Assembly (NCBI GenBank): GCA_964016885.1
Contig: OZ024747.1
Span: 47,368,001-47,432,000, forward strand
Origin: Eledone cirrhosa
Taxonomy: Eukaryota
Direction of reading: 5' to 3'
Length of the DNA: 64,000 nt
The translations under genes and the position numbers were made by a program. The stretch's first letter is position 1, and every line of letters starts with the position of its first letter. The notes beneath the pieces are model-generated. The model had not been told where the DNA came from and made no database searches. It saw only the letters and a program-made list of their open reading frames with translations. Positions 1-14,164 of this stretch are shown one piece after another.

Positions 1-130
1 ATATATATATATATATTGTATATATACATATATATATATATACATATATATATATACACACACACACATATATATATAGTTATTTATTTATTTATTTATT
101 TATACACACACATATATATATATATATATA

Positions 131-189
<59 letters not shown>

Positions 190-199
190 TACAGATATT

Positions 200-235
<36 letters not shown>

Positions 236-245
236 AATATCTGTA

Positions 246-310
<65 letters not shown>

Positions 311-335
311 TATTTATGTGTGTACACATATATAA
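1..335. repeat. (TA)n microsatellite with an embedded fold-back (ATGTATTACAGATATTTATGT-(AT)n-ACATAAATATCTGTAATACAT)
   Basis: Direct reading; inverted arms at about 184-204 and 231-251, partial third copy at about 307-319. Confidence 0.9.
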
Positions 336-1025
336 ACGTTGCAATATAACTTCTAATATAGCTTCGGACATCGCCTGGTTTGTCTGTTCTTTGTTGTTAT
401 TTTATTTTATTGCTGTTGTTTGTTTGTTTGTTTGTTTGTTTTTTTCTAGTCGTATTCTTGTTTATTTTTTAATAATTGTACCTGTTCTAACTGTTGTAGT
501 TGATGTTGCTGTTGTTGTTGGTGTTGCTTTTATTTCTATGTAATTCTTTAGATTAAGTGAATTCTGAATATAAAAGAATTTTTTTTTTTTCTCCCTCTCT
601 CGATTTTCTATATATCTGATTTGTCTTATCTATTTTACAACTGATAACGTAGCTGTTTTATCAACAGCAAACACCACATTTTTTGTTTATTCGGCTTATT
701 TATTTGCATTTTCTCTGCTTATTTTATTTTTTTGTTTTCATTTGTTTTTATTTGAAATATTTGTTTGTTTGGTTTTTTGGAGAGGTTTTGTTTTTTGGGG
801 GGTTTTTTATTTGTTTGTTTTTTTTTGTTTTTTGTAGATTTTTGGTGTTATTATTTTGCGCTTTCAGCAGACATTTTCAAGACTGTTAATACAATTTCTC
901 GGCCTCCGATTTTATAAAAGTCTGACACCGGTTGAAAATTTGTACAAGCTAGCTTTACAGCTTACAAATGAAACATCCGGGCAACGTGAAGTCAAGTAGA
1001 ATATCGGCGTTATTATGATTATTTT

Positions 1026-1450
1026 GTGGATTGGCAGTATCGGTAGAGCGTCGGACAATATGCTTTACGGCATTGAGTTACCGCCTTTTCTGTTCTAAGT
1101 TCAAATCCCACCGAGGTTAGCTTTGCCTTTCATCCTTGCAGGGTCGATAAAATGAAGTACCAGTAATACACTGGGTTCGATTTAATCGACTTTCCCGTTT
1201 CCCCAAATCATTATCATTATTTTGTTATTTTGTTTCTCATTATTTTATTTCTCAAGGGCGGTGGATTGGCAGTATCGGTAAAGGGTCGGACGCCATGCTT
1301 TGACGCATAGAGTTACGGCCCTTGCCATTCTGAGTTCAAATCCCGCCGAGGTTAACTTTCCCTTTCATCCTTACGGGGTCGATAAAATAAACTACCAGTA
1401 ATGCACTGTGGGTAATTGCTGGCCTTGTGCCAAAAGTAGAAACAATTATT
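1026..1450 (+). mobile_element. Two tandem copies of the tRNA-headed SINE with Nin-like domain (about 1026-1207 and 1255-1450)
   Basis: A-box-like TGGCAGTATCGG, B-box GTTCAAATCC, central CTTT(G/C)CCTTTCATCCTT...GGGTCGATAAAAT.AA.TACCAG, AT-rich tail. The Nin-domain resemblance is from memory of that domain. Confidence 0.88.
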
Positions 1451-2290
1451 TTGTTTCTCATTTTCGACGGACGTATTGATATCAGTTCTAGAATGTTTGT
1501 TGTTAACTGTTGATCAGTTCATATATATTACTCTCTAAAAGGGACACTCCATAATATAAATGCCTTCGGCCCAAATATTTGAACTTCATTCTTTCAAGAA
1601 AATCTTTTTTTATCAAAAATATGGACGGAATACGCCCCACAAAGTTAAGCCAGCTGTCACGTGAGAGCGGCTCAAACGTTGACACCGCTCCTACCACCAC
1701 CATTACGAACGGTGCTACCATTACCAACACTATAGACACCATCGCTGACAACAACAATAACCAAAATTCATCCTGTGCAGCAACTGCTAACACAATAGAT
1801 TTTCCATCTTTGCCAATGTTTACGTATGTTAAACGCCGCCATCCTGACCCCTTCTACAACACTAACAAGCACATCCAACACCACTAACACAACCACCAGC
1901 GCCACAACAACAACTGAAACAAAAATCAAAATTAAAACCAACACAGACAACTGCGAGAACACAAAAAATAAGAGCATGGGCAGCGATAACAGCAAGAACA
2001 ACGTGAACATTACAACAATAAATATTACAGAAGTAAACAATAAAAAAAAATAACAGTAACGCCGACAAGAAAGACAACGCAAATTGCAACAGCAATAACA
2101 TTAACAACAACAGCAACTTCAGCAACAATAAGAATAATAACAACAACAGCAACAACAGCGCGAGACCTCTCTTGTGTAAGAGCTGCAAACAAAAATAAAA
2201 CGGCCATCGTGATCCAAGACAAATGGTCTGGATGAGGCCAGACAAATGGTTAAAAAAAAATGGACACAGGATCAGTCTCACTCCTCCATC

Positions 2291-2514
2291 AGGGCGATGG
2301 ATTGGCAGTATCGGTAGAGCGCCAGACACCATGCTTTGCAGCTTAGAGTTACGCCCCTTTACAATCGGAATTCAAATCCCGCCGAGGTTAGCTTTGCCTT
2401 TCATCCTTAAGGGATCGATAAATAAACCACCATTAATAAACTGGGGTTGATTTAATTGACTTCCACCTCTCCCTTAAAATTATTTGCCTTGTGCTTAAAT
2501 CGGAAATCATTATT
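2291..2514 (+). mobile_element. SINE, same family, long-tail variant
   Basis: AGGGCGATGGATTGGCAGTATCGG head, B-box, Nin-like core, tail GATTTAATTGACTT...GCCTTGTGCTTAAATCGGAAATC. Confidence 0.85.
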
Positions 2515-3322
2515 GAAAGACTATTGTAGCAGCTTAGGTGAAACAAATGTTATGGTTGATAAGATTGAAATGACTGAGGACAGTCACTTTCCTCTTCTAC
2601 AAAACCGTCTTTAATATCTTCAAGTCTGTGTTATTTTAACAGCAATTCAAATAAGACATTAAAAGTTAAATATAACGATAACACCTTGGGGTGTTTATTG
2701 GTCTTTAATATTTCGCGGGGGAAATGTCTTCATCAAACTACAACACCCTCTTATCTCTTCAAATCTCTTTGGAATGGTGTGGTGAGTAAGAAATAGAGGT
2801 ACTGTTCGTGTGAAAATGTCCTAGTCGTGGGTCCTATTCATGAATATCGACCCTGTAAATGGACCTACTGTCAGCATGTGTGTGTTGGTCGAATAACACC
2901 AATATTACAATGTTAATAAAAGCTCTTACTTTTGTTAAGAAAAGCATTCGGAATATGAGGGTTTCCCTGATTGGTCACAGGTAGATGTCCTCCTATTGGG
3001 ACGTTGTTTTCCATACCTGCTTTCTCTTAATCGATAAATTTTTATTATGTTTGTGTATATACTCTAGAATGTACATATATATATATACATGTATAAATAC
3101 TGGGTAATGAAACATGTTTTATAGTTAAAATATCTACACCTTCATGTTGTAAGCATTAAATGTATGGTGAACGATAACAGCTAGAACCAGACGATGTAGT
3201 GTTGTCACACCGTCTTAATCGATTTTGTTGTAAACCCAACATTTTAGTAATTTGTCCTTAAAATATCATCTCATCTGTTGCCTTTCTGGTAAATTAACAA
3301 ACGATCATTATTATGGTGAATT

Positions 3323-3720
3323 GGCGGTGGATTGGCAGTATCAGTAGGGGTTGGATGCCATGCTTTCCAGCATAGTTACGTCCCTTTACGGTCTGAGTTC
3401 AAATCCCGCCAAGGTTAACTTTGCCTTTCATCTTTGCTGGGTCGATAAAATAAAGTACCAGTAATGTACTGGGTAATTGCTGGCCTTGTGCCTAAAGTAG
3501 AAACAATTATTATTGTTATTAAAGGCGGTGGATTGGCAATATCGGTAAAGGGTCAGACGCCATGCTTTGCAACATAGAGTTACGGCCCTTTTGGTCTGAG
3601 TTCAAATCCCGCCGAGATTAACTTTGCCTTTCATCCTTACGGGATCGATAAAATAAAGTACCAGTAATACACTGGAATAATTGCTGGTCTTGTGCCAAAA
3701 GTAGAAACAATTATTATTAT
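3323..3720 (+). mobile_element. Two tandem SINE copies (3323-3514 and 3524-3720)
   Basis: Same head, core and tail; each ends AGAAACAATTATTATT. Confidence 0.9.
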
Positions 3721-4169
3721 TCATATTTTCAAGTTTTCTATACGAATCACTATTGCACCACCTAGAACATTCCCCTGTCCTTGAGATGTATACACCATTG
3801 TGGTTTAGGGGTGTACATCTGTGTTTCTCTACTATATCTGATTATATGTTTTTGCTCTCTTGGTGTGTATCGAGGCTGCTGTAGAGTACGGATGGGAGGG
3901 CTTAGTATGTTGCTGGCAAGCAAGTTATAAGTATGGAGTAAATCTATCAACATTGAACTTTTTTATTTACCTTAATCCCAAGATTATCAATTTTCCTACC
4001 TTCTTGGATAGTATACTTAACCCGTTACTTTCTTTAGCACCACCACCTGGTCCTTAGGTGTCTTTAGCAGAGTCCACTCTGCTGCAAGCATTTGAACCAT
4101 GTCTTCCATCTGAATATATCCTCCCGTCCTTCCCATCACCGCTTATTAAGCCATTAAAAATAATATTGA

Positions 4170-4604
4170 TAATTGTTTCTACTTTTGGTACAAGACCAGC
4201 AAATATTCCAGTGTATTACTGGTACTTTATTTTATCGACCCCGTAAGGATGAAAGGCAAAGTTAAAATAATTGTTTCTACTTTTGGCACAAGGCCAGCAA
4301 TTCACCAGTGTATTACTGGTACTTTATTTTTATCGACCCCGTAAGGATGAAAGGTAAAGTTAACCTCGGCGGGATTTGAACTCAGAATGGAAAGGGCTGT
4401 AACTCTTTGCCTCAAAGCATGGCGTCCGACCCTCTACCGATACTGCCAATCCACCGCCTTTTAAAATAATTGTTTCTACTTTAGGCACAAGGCCAGTTTC
4501 TACTTTAGGTACAAGTACCAGTAATGAACTGGGTGTTCATTACTGGTACTTTATTTTATCGACCCCGTAAGGATGAAAGGCAAAGTCAACCTCGGCGGGA
4601 TTTA
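4170..4604 (-). mobile_element. Three minus-strand SINE copies or fragments, one with an internal fold-back
   Basis: Reverse complement of the family; full copy about 4268-4459; hairpin AAGTACCAGTAATGAAC-TGGGT-GTTCATTACTGGTACTT at about 4513-4551. Confidence 0.85.
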
Positions 4605-5040
4605 AAATAATAAAGTTAAAATAATATTGATAATACTGCTTGTTGTTCTTTTTCCGTCGAATCAGAATATATATAATTTTTACCGTAACATTTGGCTGAT
4701 TCCCATACAGTCATCTTTGTTCAACCTACGTTGTACTCCTTACCACCATACTATCATTTCTCAAAGCCAGCATGATGAGTCAGCGAAATAAGTAATGTCC
4801 TGGGATGTTAGCCTATTTGAACACACGATTAAAACTAGATTCCACGCAGTTACCTTTCTTAATATTGCACCATAAAGATATATAAGTATTGAATGGATCT
4901 CCGCCGGTTTAAACGAGGGGTGTACAATGAAGCGACCATGTGTGTGTACGTATGTGTGTATGCATACATACATATATGGGTCTGTGTATCTCTTCGTGTG
5001 AGTGTACATTCTTTTATATATACATATTGATATATATATA

Positions 5041-5081
<41 letters not shown>

Positions 5082-5087
<6 letters not shown>

Positions 5088-5519
5088 GATATTAATAAAT
5101 GGAAACTATATTTATAAAACCATATTTATTTCATTATACATATTTCAGGGATACCAAATTAAATCATGGTATGCCTTCATCAGACAAAATACAATATATA
5201 ACAGTTTTACAAATAAGCTTTGACGTACCCTTTTAAAATGCAACCATCCAGATGGCTTCCAAAAATAATGGTTGCATTTTAAAAGGGTACGTCAAGGCTT
5301 ATTTGTAAAACTGTTATATATTGTATTTTGTCTGATGAAGGCATACCATGATTTAATTTGGTATCCCTGAAATATGTATAATGAAATAAATATGGTTTTA
5401 TAAATATAGTTTCCATTTATTAATATCGTATATCTACTCCAAAAACTTGTCGAGTGCTTTATATCAGTTATAAAAATATTTACTTGTTGTATCCCAACAA
5501 TTTTAAATAGAACTTTTGC
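5082..5519. mobile_element. Penelope-like pLTR remnant, family A: 166-bp inverted arms (5082-5247 / 5268-5433) between (TA)n tracts
   Basis: Near-perfect inverted repeat with 20-nt spacer; each arm carries an HHR; related copies at about 13600-13790 and 20115-20582. Penelope origin is inferred from the HHR type and the inverted architecture. Confidence 0.75.
5324..5388 (+). ncRNA. Minimal type-I hammerhead ribozyme, family A (mirror copy 5127-5191 on minus strand)
   Basis: Stem I TATTTTGT/ATGAAATA (two G-U), CTGATGA 5332-5338, stem II AGGCATACCA/TGGTATCCCT, GAAA 5369-5372, near-palindromic stem III TATGTA, cleavage after TA at 5380. Confidence 0.75.
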
Positions 5520-5582
<63 letters not shown>

Positions 5583-6079
5583 GGTGTGGGTGTGTGTGTG
5601 TGTGTGTATCAGATAGGTGGTGAAGAGAGATAGAAATGTTGTTGATGATGAGATATATCTCTAGACTAAATAGATTATATACATTAACATCTTGAATTCA
5701 ATAAAATGTATATTTAACGGAGTAACACTTCTATTTAGAAAATATCTTTGGTTAGCATGCCTGTATTTTTTTACGTTAAGTGTTAAGTTCACCTTTAATT
5801 TCTTATAATGCAAGACTAACTATAATTAAATATATGCAATATATATAGTTATCCAAATCTTGTTATACATCACTCACAGTTTGGAAATATATTACCATAT
5901 TTACTCACGCGGCTGGCTTCGATCATTGTGAGGCTATAATAAAAAAAAACTTGTCCATGTGTAATCGAGACCTCCTAGCTGAAGCAAATCTCTCTGTCTA
6001 TCCTTATATATATATATATATATATATTTTGCCTATATATATTTTGCCTATATATATATATATATATATAGGCAAAAGG

Positions 6080-6111
<32 letters not shown>

Positions 6112-6158
6112 TATGTATGTATGTAAGTGTGTATGAAAATTGCAAACACCACAGAATA

Positions 6159-6197
6159 TGAACCTGAAGATTGCGAAAGCATGAAAGTACTTGTTCA
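6159..6197 (+). ncRNA. Minimal type-I hammerhead ribozyme, family B, in a cassette of about 6150-6352
   Basis: TGAAC-CTGAAGA-TTGC GAAA GCAT-GAAA-GTAC-TT-GTTCA: 5-bp stem I, GNRA-capped stem II, palindromic stem III AGTACT. Confidence 0.8.
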
Positions 6198-6349
6198 ATT
6201 AATACTTAACATTTAATATTCTACCATACTATTTCATTCTAATACCATTATACATTTTAAAGGGTTATAAATAAAACGAGTAAATCAGACAAAGTTGGAA
6301 TTCCTTTTATTAATATAATCTTCTATACACAATCATACACACCCGTCTA

Positions 6350-6388
<39 letters not shown>

Positions 6389-6393
<5 letters not shown>

Positions 6394-6530
6394 AACAGAG
6401 ACATGACCCCCGACAGCTGAGCTCAGCCGTCGGGGTCCTGGCTCTTTTCCTATTACCCACTCTACTACCCAGTATCGAGTACGTTGGTGCGTTATGGTCC
6501 ACCTGGTTACTTACCACACTTCCTTCGTTA
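6389..6530. mobile_element. TA-embedded fold-back cassette, family F (also 17967-18167 and about 40078-40218)
   Basis: Shared sequence GTGCGTTATGGTCCACCTGGTT.CTTACCACA.TTCCTTCGTTA; imperfect hairpin centred on CTGAGCTCAG; TA tracts on both sides. Confidence 0.7.
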
Positions 6531-7069
6531 TATATATACATATATATATATATACGTATGCATGTAAGTGTGCATATATATATACGTATATATGTAAGTG
6601 TGTGTATATACATACATACATACATACATACATACATACATACATACATACATACATACATACATACATACATACATACATACATACATACATACATACA
6701 TACATACATACATACATAAACTCACATATGGGTATAGGTGTGTATGTGTTAATTATATGTTTAAGTTTTAAACTTTTAATTTCTTATCTAACAAGACTCT
6801 AATATAATAAATGCGATATATATTTATCCAAATGTTGTTAGGCACCACTAATAATTTTGAAATAAATTACCATATTTACTATCGTCTATTGAAATTCCGT
6901 TTGGGTTTGTCTTTAATTGTCATCCTTCTGGAATTGGTAAAAGTATATACCAGCAACATATATGAGAAAAAAACACTATTGGAACTCCTTCATTTATCTT
7001 TTTCACAGTTAGGGTAGTGCCTGGAATTGAAATAAATACCTAAATAACGCATTGGATGGAGATAGATAA

Positions 7070-8131
7070 ATTTCTTTATTCGCCACAAGGGCGCAAAAGA
7101 TGGGGACAAATACAAAGTGGGGAGTTTGCATACATGCGTGTAAAAAAGAATTTATAACAATGATAATAAATTAAACAATCGAAATCCCCACTAGCGGGGA
7201 GGCGTTACACAGGGGTTATACACACCCCGAAAAATGTACAAGCCTCATCTCCAGGAGCACGAAGAGTGAGCGCTCCCTTCCTCTCTTCTTCTTCTTCCTC
7301 AACCTACAGGTTTATATAGAGAGAAGGCCCAACCACTCGGGCCATTCTTGTCACATTCACCCATCTTTCAGAAAATTTGCTGTGGTGCGGCACCTCTCTC
7401 TCCACTCTGATTGTTCTTCTAAAGTGATATTTGAAGAAGCGAACCAGTTGTTCGCCGGAGAGAAAGGCGTCTGACCTCAGCCCTTTCAGCCTCGTCCACC
7501 ATATAACCTCTTTCACCATAGCCATTACACAGAGGAAAACCGCCTCTCCTTCGTTTTTTGAAGGAAGATAGATAGATTGGTAGGTAGGCAGATGGGTGGG
7601 TCGGTGAGTCGGTAGGGTGATAGGTAGGTAAGGAGATAGATAGATAGATAGATATGTTTCTTTTATTTGCCACCAGGGCATCAAAAGTGGGACAAGTACA
7701 ATGGGGGGAGTTTACAAAACAAGGCGTCCTCAATAAGGAGGAGGCAATAACAAAATATAAAAATAAAATAAAATATAACAGAATAAAATTTATAACAAAA
7801 TCCTCAATATAGAGGAGGCGCCTTGGGGGGTCGCACACACCCCCGAAAAAAAGTGTGCAACCCTTTTCCTCAGGAGTACAGAGAAGGGGTGCTCCCTTGG
7901 TCTTTCATCTTCCTCACCTATAGTCTGGTGTAGAGTGAAGGCCCATTCACACGGGCCATTCTCGCCACTTTCACCCATCTTTCATAAAAACGGCTGGGGT
8001 GCAGCACCTCTCTCTCCATCCTGATCCTTCTTCCGAAATTATATCGGAAGAAACGGACCAGTTGTTGGCCAGAGAGAAAGGTGCCTGACCTCAGTCCTTT
8101 CAGACGCGTCCACCATACAACCTCTTTCGCC

Positions 8132-8133
<2 letters not shown>
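7070..8133 (-). mobile_element. Two tandem 5'-truncated 3' ends of a Tx1/L1-like LINE (about 7070-7566 and 7655-8133) within GATA/GGTA repeats
   Basis: ORFs 7304..7684 and 7918..8301 carry KEVIWWTRLKGL...FFKYHFRRTIRVERE...FSERWV, the same C-terminus as the APE-bearing copy at 24025-25720; 3' UTR ends GTGGC(A/G)AATAAA before (TATC)n. Confidence 0.75.
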
Positions 8134-8199
<66 letters not shown>

Positions 8200-8538
8200 G
8201 TAGGTAGGTAGGTAGGTAGGTAGGTAGGTAGGTAGGTTGGTAAGGTAGGGATATGGGTAGATGAATGCGAGGTTTAACATTAACAAGATCGCCTTTTGCA
8301 TGACAAACCCTCAACGAGTGAACCAAACATAGAGTTTGTGTCAAATAAGTCGATGATTTATGAACCTCATTCAAACAGCAATGAACGTATCAGAAAGCAA
8401 TTTCATCATCGCAAGATTTCATTGGTCAATTTTATCATCATAAACATTGATTGACAGCACTTCAAAGGATAAAAACTTTAATGATTAAGTTAAAAAATAA
8501 AGATAATAAATCACACACTACCTATATTTACTTACAAT

Positions 8539-8566
8539 TTCTTCTACTTCTACTTCTTCTTCTTCA

Positions 8567-8597
<31 letters not shown>

Positions 8598-8641
8598 CTT
8601 CTTCTTCTTCTTCTTCTTCTTCTTCTTCTTCTTCTTCTTCT
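8539..8641. repeat. (CTT)n microsatellite
   Basis: Direct reading. Confidence 0.95.
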
Positions 8642-10008
8642 CTATTTTTTCTTTCTCCATCTACCCTCACTTCTCACCTTTATCCTCAGTGTATTTTCTC
8701 TCTATATTGTGCAAGTCTTATACACTTGAATGACCAATCTCTTACGCCAATGTTTGTTTGTTCGTTTGTTCGAGGGGGGGGGGGGGGGGTGATATTTCCT
8801 CACTACTTATTTATTTTTATCCATTTCATATGTTTTGTTTCCTTTTTTCTCTCTCTCTCATTCCTTTTTTCTTCATTTTTTATATATAAAAGGTACGTTT
8901 GAAGCCATCTCGTAATTTCTTTCTTCTTGTCGATATTTTACTTTATTTCATTTCTTTATATTTCATTAGTTTTGTTTGTTTGTATGTTATTCTTTTACCC
9001 TTCTAAATCACTTCAAAGTTTATTTGCCTTTAATGCAGCACCATATTTTCTTGTTGTTTTAGGCTTTAGTCAAAACTGATGGTAATTTAGTATTGCTAAC
9101 AACTCTATCGATATTAAATATCACCTAGCCAAGCATATAACACAGACGACGACAACTTGTCAAAACAAAGGGTTCCTACTCTCACCGGAACTTATTTTCG
9201 CTTCGTCTCTTTTATGATTGATTGTAAGGTGATTGTTGGTTCCAATTAGTGAAAGCGTTTGGGCGTATCTGAAGACGTCTTTTAGCATTAGGGTCCACAT
9301 TCGTTCATTTCTCCGTTCATTTGTCCGTTCGGTCGTTCGTTTCCAAGAGTCTTACCTACCTAACTGATAGAAGAAAAGAAAGCTATCACGGTCCGCAGAG
9401 TAAGTACTTAATCGGACAAAATGCGAATGAAAAATTGGCTTTTGATCTATTGCAAGGTTCAATGAGCAATCATGTTTATAAGTTTTAAAGCAAGCCCATA
9501 TCAAGATATAAGGTACTTTTTGTAGTGACATTAATTTGAAGAAAGTTAATGGGTTATGGTGGGTAAGTGGTATTTACAGCAAAGCAAACTAGTTATGTTG
9601 CGGAAAGAGTAGTATGGCATTATTTAAACAAGAGTCAAAAGAATCCGGGCTGAAATTATGAAAAGAAACCGCAATATTAATCATATTTTACAGTCTTTTG
9701 ATTAAACAAATTCTACCTTTTTTATTATTTCTGTAACTGTCTTTAATTAAATGCTGATTATGTGTGATGTTTATGAAGAACATGCCAAACATCGACAGAT
9801 GTTTGCAAAGGTGGTTAATGTTGTGTACGGTAACAGGTTGTTTATACTTAGCTACAAGACCGTTACCAAGATGTGTTCGGTGAGTTATATTACATTTTCC
9901 TTCATATTATATTCTTAGTCATGTTTATACATTGGCTTTCAAATATTCAGTTACCAGTTACTGACACAATTTTATTATCAAATATATCGAGAATATATAT
10001 GTGTGTGA

Positions 10009-10064
<56 letters not shown>

Positions 10065-10688
10065 GTGAGTGATTATGAGTGTGTGTTTGTGTATACAGGG
10101 GGTCAAAGAAGAACATAGAAACTCGTAAAACTCAATATATATATAGAAAGAAAGAGAGAGGGAGAGAGAGAGATTTATGTGTTGGGTTCTAGATTAATAG
10201 GTATATAAATAAAATTTGCTGATGGGGTGGTTCCATACATGTAGCATAGTCAAATATATCATATATTTCTCGAGTACCTGTCAACCAACTTACACAAAAT
10301 ATATTCATATATACGCGTATGAGTGCTTTTGTTTAAATGAATATATATGCATATGCATATATATATGCATATATATATATATATAGATATATATATATAG
10401 ATATAGATATACATAAATATATATATACATATGTCTTTGTGTGTGCGTATGAGTCTGTTTGTGCGTTAAATAATATCAAAGTTATATGTTTTATAACATA
10501 ATTGGTATGAATTTGGTATCAATAATTCGATAATATAAATGACAAGAAATTACTCCATACGCTTTCACACACAATAGAAGCACATGGACGCACACATAAT
10601 ATATATATATATATATATATATACATACATATACACATATATATATATATACATACATATACATATATATATATATATACACACATAC

Positions 10689-10741
<53 letters not shown>

Positions 10742-10945
10742 CATATACATATATATATATGTGTGTGTATGTGTATATGCGTTTATATATGTACGTTTGG
10801 CTATATGTATATATGTATATATGTATATATACGTATGTATGTATGTGTACAGATAAGGGGGTCGGTGAAAAATAAATAAATAAATAAATAGATATATTAA
10901 TTGAGTGATTGATTGATAGAAAGATAGATATAATTATTGTAATTG

Positions 10946-11015
<70 letters not shown>

Positions 11016-11489
11016 ACGCGTGTGCCTACGTGAATGTGTGTGCACGTGTGTGCATGAATATGTGTGTGTATGTGTTTCTTTATAATTGATTCTTATTGGT
11101 TCCATAATTCATACACTTATAATGTTATCGGAGACATTTTGAGTTGGGAAGAGACATCAATCAGGAATTCGCAGACCTGAAAAATCGGCTCGGAGCAAAT
11201 GATTGGAACGAAACCTTGCCAAAGTTTGTCAGAATTAGTCAAGTGTTTATTTTGTTATCGTCCTATATTTAAAGGACTTAGTTCTTATCTTATATTTAAC
11301 AACTTTGCTTTTCAGCCCTCATTTTATCTGTCCTTCACCTACTAGAAATAACAACCAAATCTCTCAAATCACATCCAAGTTAATTTTTTTTTTTTTTCAT
11401 AAGAAAAAAGTATTAGATGTTGTTGAAAAGGGGAAGAGCCTTCATCACTTTCGACGATGAGTGGGTCATTTGTTGAATCATCGGATCAG

Positions 11490-11770
11490 CCAGCTCCGAA
11501 AATTAACGTGTGGGTGGCTGTGTATTACATGGACACGAGTGTCCTTGCTGCAATTCTCATAGAAATGTAACGTGATACACTGGGGAACGAGGCTGACCCT
11601 TCGAATTACAAGTGCAGTATACCCGACGATCTTCTAAAGAGTTTCCGTTTACTCAATTTCACTCACAGGGCATGCGTCGATCGCGGGCTATTATAAATGA
11701 CACTAGCGCAAGATGCTACACATTAGGATCGGACACGGGAGCTAATGATTGCGATGGTGCAATTTAAGAT
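11490..11770 (-). mobile_element. Old, degenerate copy of a second SINE family
   Basis: Reads as a decayed reverse complement of a tRNA-headed SINE (GGGCTATTATAAATGACACTAGCGCAAG...GGATCGGACAC); weaker relative at about 5895-5990. Recognised by pattern only. Confidence 0.45.
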
Positions 11771-11819
11771 ACACTATGACTGCAAATACAAGATGAAAAT
11801 ACTCTACCAGATTACCTTT

Positions 11820-12003
11820 CGGTGGATTGGCAGTATCGGTAGAGGGTCCGACGCCATGCTTTGACGCATAGAGTTACAGCCCTTGACATTCTGAATCCCA
11901 CCGAGGTTAACTTTGCCTTTCATCCTTACGGGGTCGATGAAATAAAGTACCCGTAATGCACTGGGATAATTGCTGGCTTTGTGCCAAAAGTATAAACAAT
12001 TAT
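11820..12003 (+). mobile_element. Nin-like SINE copy with a deletion in the B-box
   Basis: Family head, core and tail; TTCTGAATCCCACC replaces TTCTGAGTTCAAATCCCGCC. Confidence 0.85.
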
Positions 12004-12012
12004 AAATATTCT

Positions 12013-12363
12013 TGATCAGTGCAGACACGCGCATACAAGCAGCTAAAATGGGATTCCTCCGAAGGATCTTTGGAGTAACGTTACTCGATAAAGTGCATAG
12101 CTCAGAGATCAGAGAGTCACTCCTGGTAGAGAAGGAGAGGTAGACCTCGAGCAAGATGGTTGGATAACATCCATGAGCTTGGCTGGTCATGTTTGGGGAT
12201 CCAGCCGGATCAATTAGAGACGATTGCTTCTGGAAGGGGTGTTTGAGGACTCTGCCCCCACGACCCTCTCAGTAATAAGTGGGCGAAGAAGAAGAAGAAG
12301 AAGAAGAAGAAGAAGAAGAAGAAGAAGAAGAAGAAGAAGAAGAAGAAGAAGAAGAAGAAGAAG
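12013..12363 (+). mobile_element. Internally deleted 3' end of an RTE-clade LINE with (GAA)n tail
   Basis: About 12027-12121 translates TRIQAAKMGFLRRIFGVTLLDKVHSSEIRESL, matching the RTE post-RT motif RIQAAEMxFLRR...DRVRSSxIRE; terminal LPPRP-like codons are followed by (GAA)n. Confidence 0.7.
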
Positions 12364-12651
12364 AGATAAACAATCACAATAACAGTTTTTACCATTGTTT
12401 CTGTGGACGGGCCCGGCTGGTGTGTCAGAATCTTGTGTATTTTCTGAATAGACCCGTTAAGTACTCAAATTCTTGCACTAATGCTGAAAATGCATTGTGT
12501 TATTGTTGCCTGATGGATTATAAAGGGTCAACCTTGTCACACATGCAGCACGCTGAATCTCCCTGTACATTCGATCAGAATGTAAACACCGATTGTATTA
12601 CATGTGATATTATTGAAATACAGCAACGAAGTTGTGTGTGAGAGAGAGAGA

Positions 12652-12720
<69 letters not shown>

Positions 12721-12778
12721 GTCGCTCATGAACACTACAGGTAACATGTAGCAATTCTCGAAATCGAGATGCAGCCAT

Positions 12779-12851
<73 letters not shown>

Positions 12852-12980
12852 GTGAGATTTTTTTTACAAAATGAAAAATAACCGAGGTGTCCTACACGAG
12901 TGAAAGTATGAAGAAAAAAAGATGAAATCGAAAATGCAACTGGAGTCTTTTTTTTTTTAAAATATATATTTATTTGGTTC

Positions 12981-13016
12981 CTTTACCGGTTTCGCAGTTC
13001 TTCTGCTTTTCAAAAG
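12981..13016 (-). ncRNA. Hammerhead variant with U3-A8 core, family C, in a TA-flanked cassette 12846-13050 (copies 19961-19996 plus, 23908-23943 minus)
   Basis: Minus strand CTT-TTGAAAA-GCAG AAGAA CTGC-GAAA-CCGG-TA-AAG: 4-bp stem II, palindromic stem III ACCGGT, stem I only 3 bp. Confidence 0.6.
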
Positions 13017-13048
13017 TAGAGTTGAGATGGAGGGTCTGTGGTTTTTCT

Positions 13049-13195
<147 letters not shown>

Positions 13196-13599
13196 ATATA
13201 TATATATATAATAAGGGCGCTGCGGAGTTGCAAATGGGTTACATATGAAAAAAGTTTGTCCTTCATCAGTGATCTTCCAACCATTTCATCGCTTTAAAGA
13301 CCATATACCTCCGGTTGGTGCGAGCAACGGCTAAAAAAAGTCGTTGGGACACGTAAATAAAGGGGACGCGAGTGTAAACAAACAAAATGGTGAAGCAACA
13401 GAAAGTGAGGAAGAAGGAGACAAGTCCCAAATTTCTATGAATTTAAATTCAGTGAAATCGTGAACGAGAGAATAAAGACCATCAAACCTGGTTGAAATGT
13501 GAGCAAGGAAGGAATTTCGCACAGGTCTAACGGGAGGAAGAAGGGGTCTGGTCTGCGAATTCGGTAAACATAAGTTCTGTGAAATCGTAGACGAGAGAA

Positions 13600-13915
<316 letters not shown>

Positions 13916-14120
13916 ATATGTGTGTGTGTGTGCGAGTGTGTGGTGTGTGTGTGTCTATGTGTACGTATATATATATGTGTATATATATGCATATACATTA
14001 GGCAAACAAGATGAAGTTTCACATGAATGTTTTTATTGATTATCGATGTATATATTTCTATGCATGTATATATATGTATGTGTGTATGTGTGTGTGTATG
14101 GATGTATGCATGTATGTATG

Positions 14121-14164
<44 letters not shown>

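Noticed and set aside
1579-2220. Thr/Asn-rich ORFs (similar region at about 33500-33900 on the minus strand)
   Set aside because: Low complexity and frameshifted; may be decayed LINE ORF1 starts but no recognisable motif.
6870-7020. Single in-frame TGA as selenocysteine
   Set aside because: No redox motif, homology or SECIS element seen.
13215-13275. Minus-strand CTGATGAAGGAC as a hammerhead
   Set aside because: No closing stem II or GAAA follows; at best truncated.
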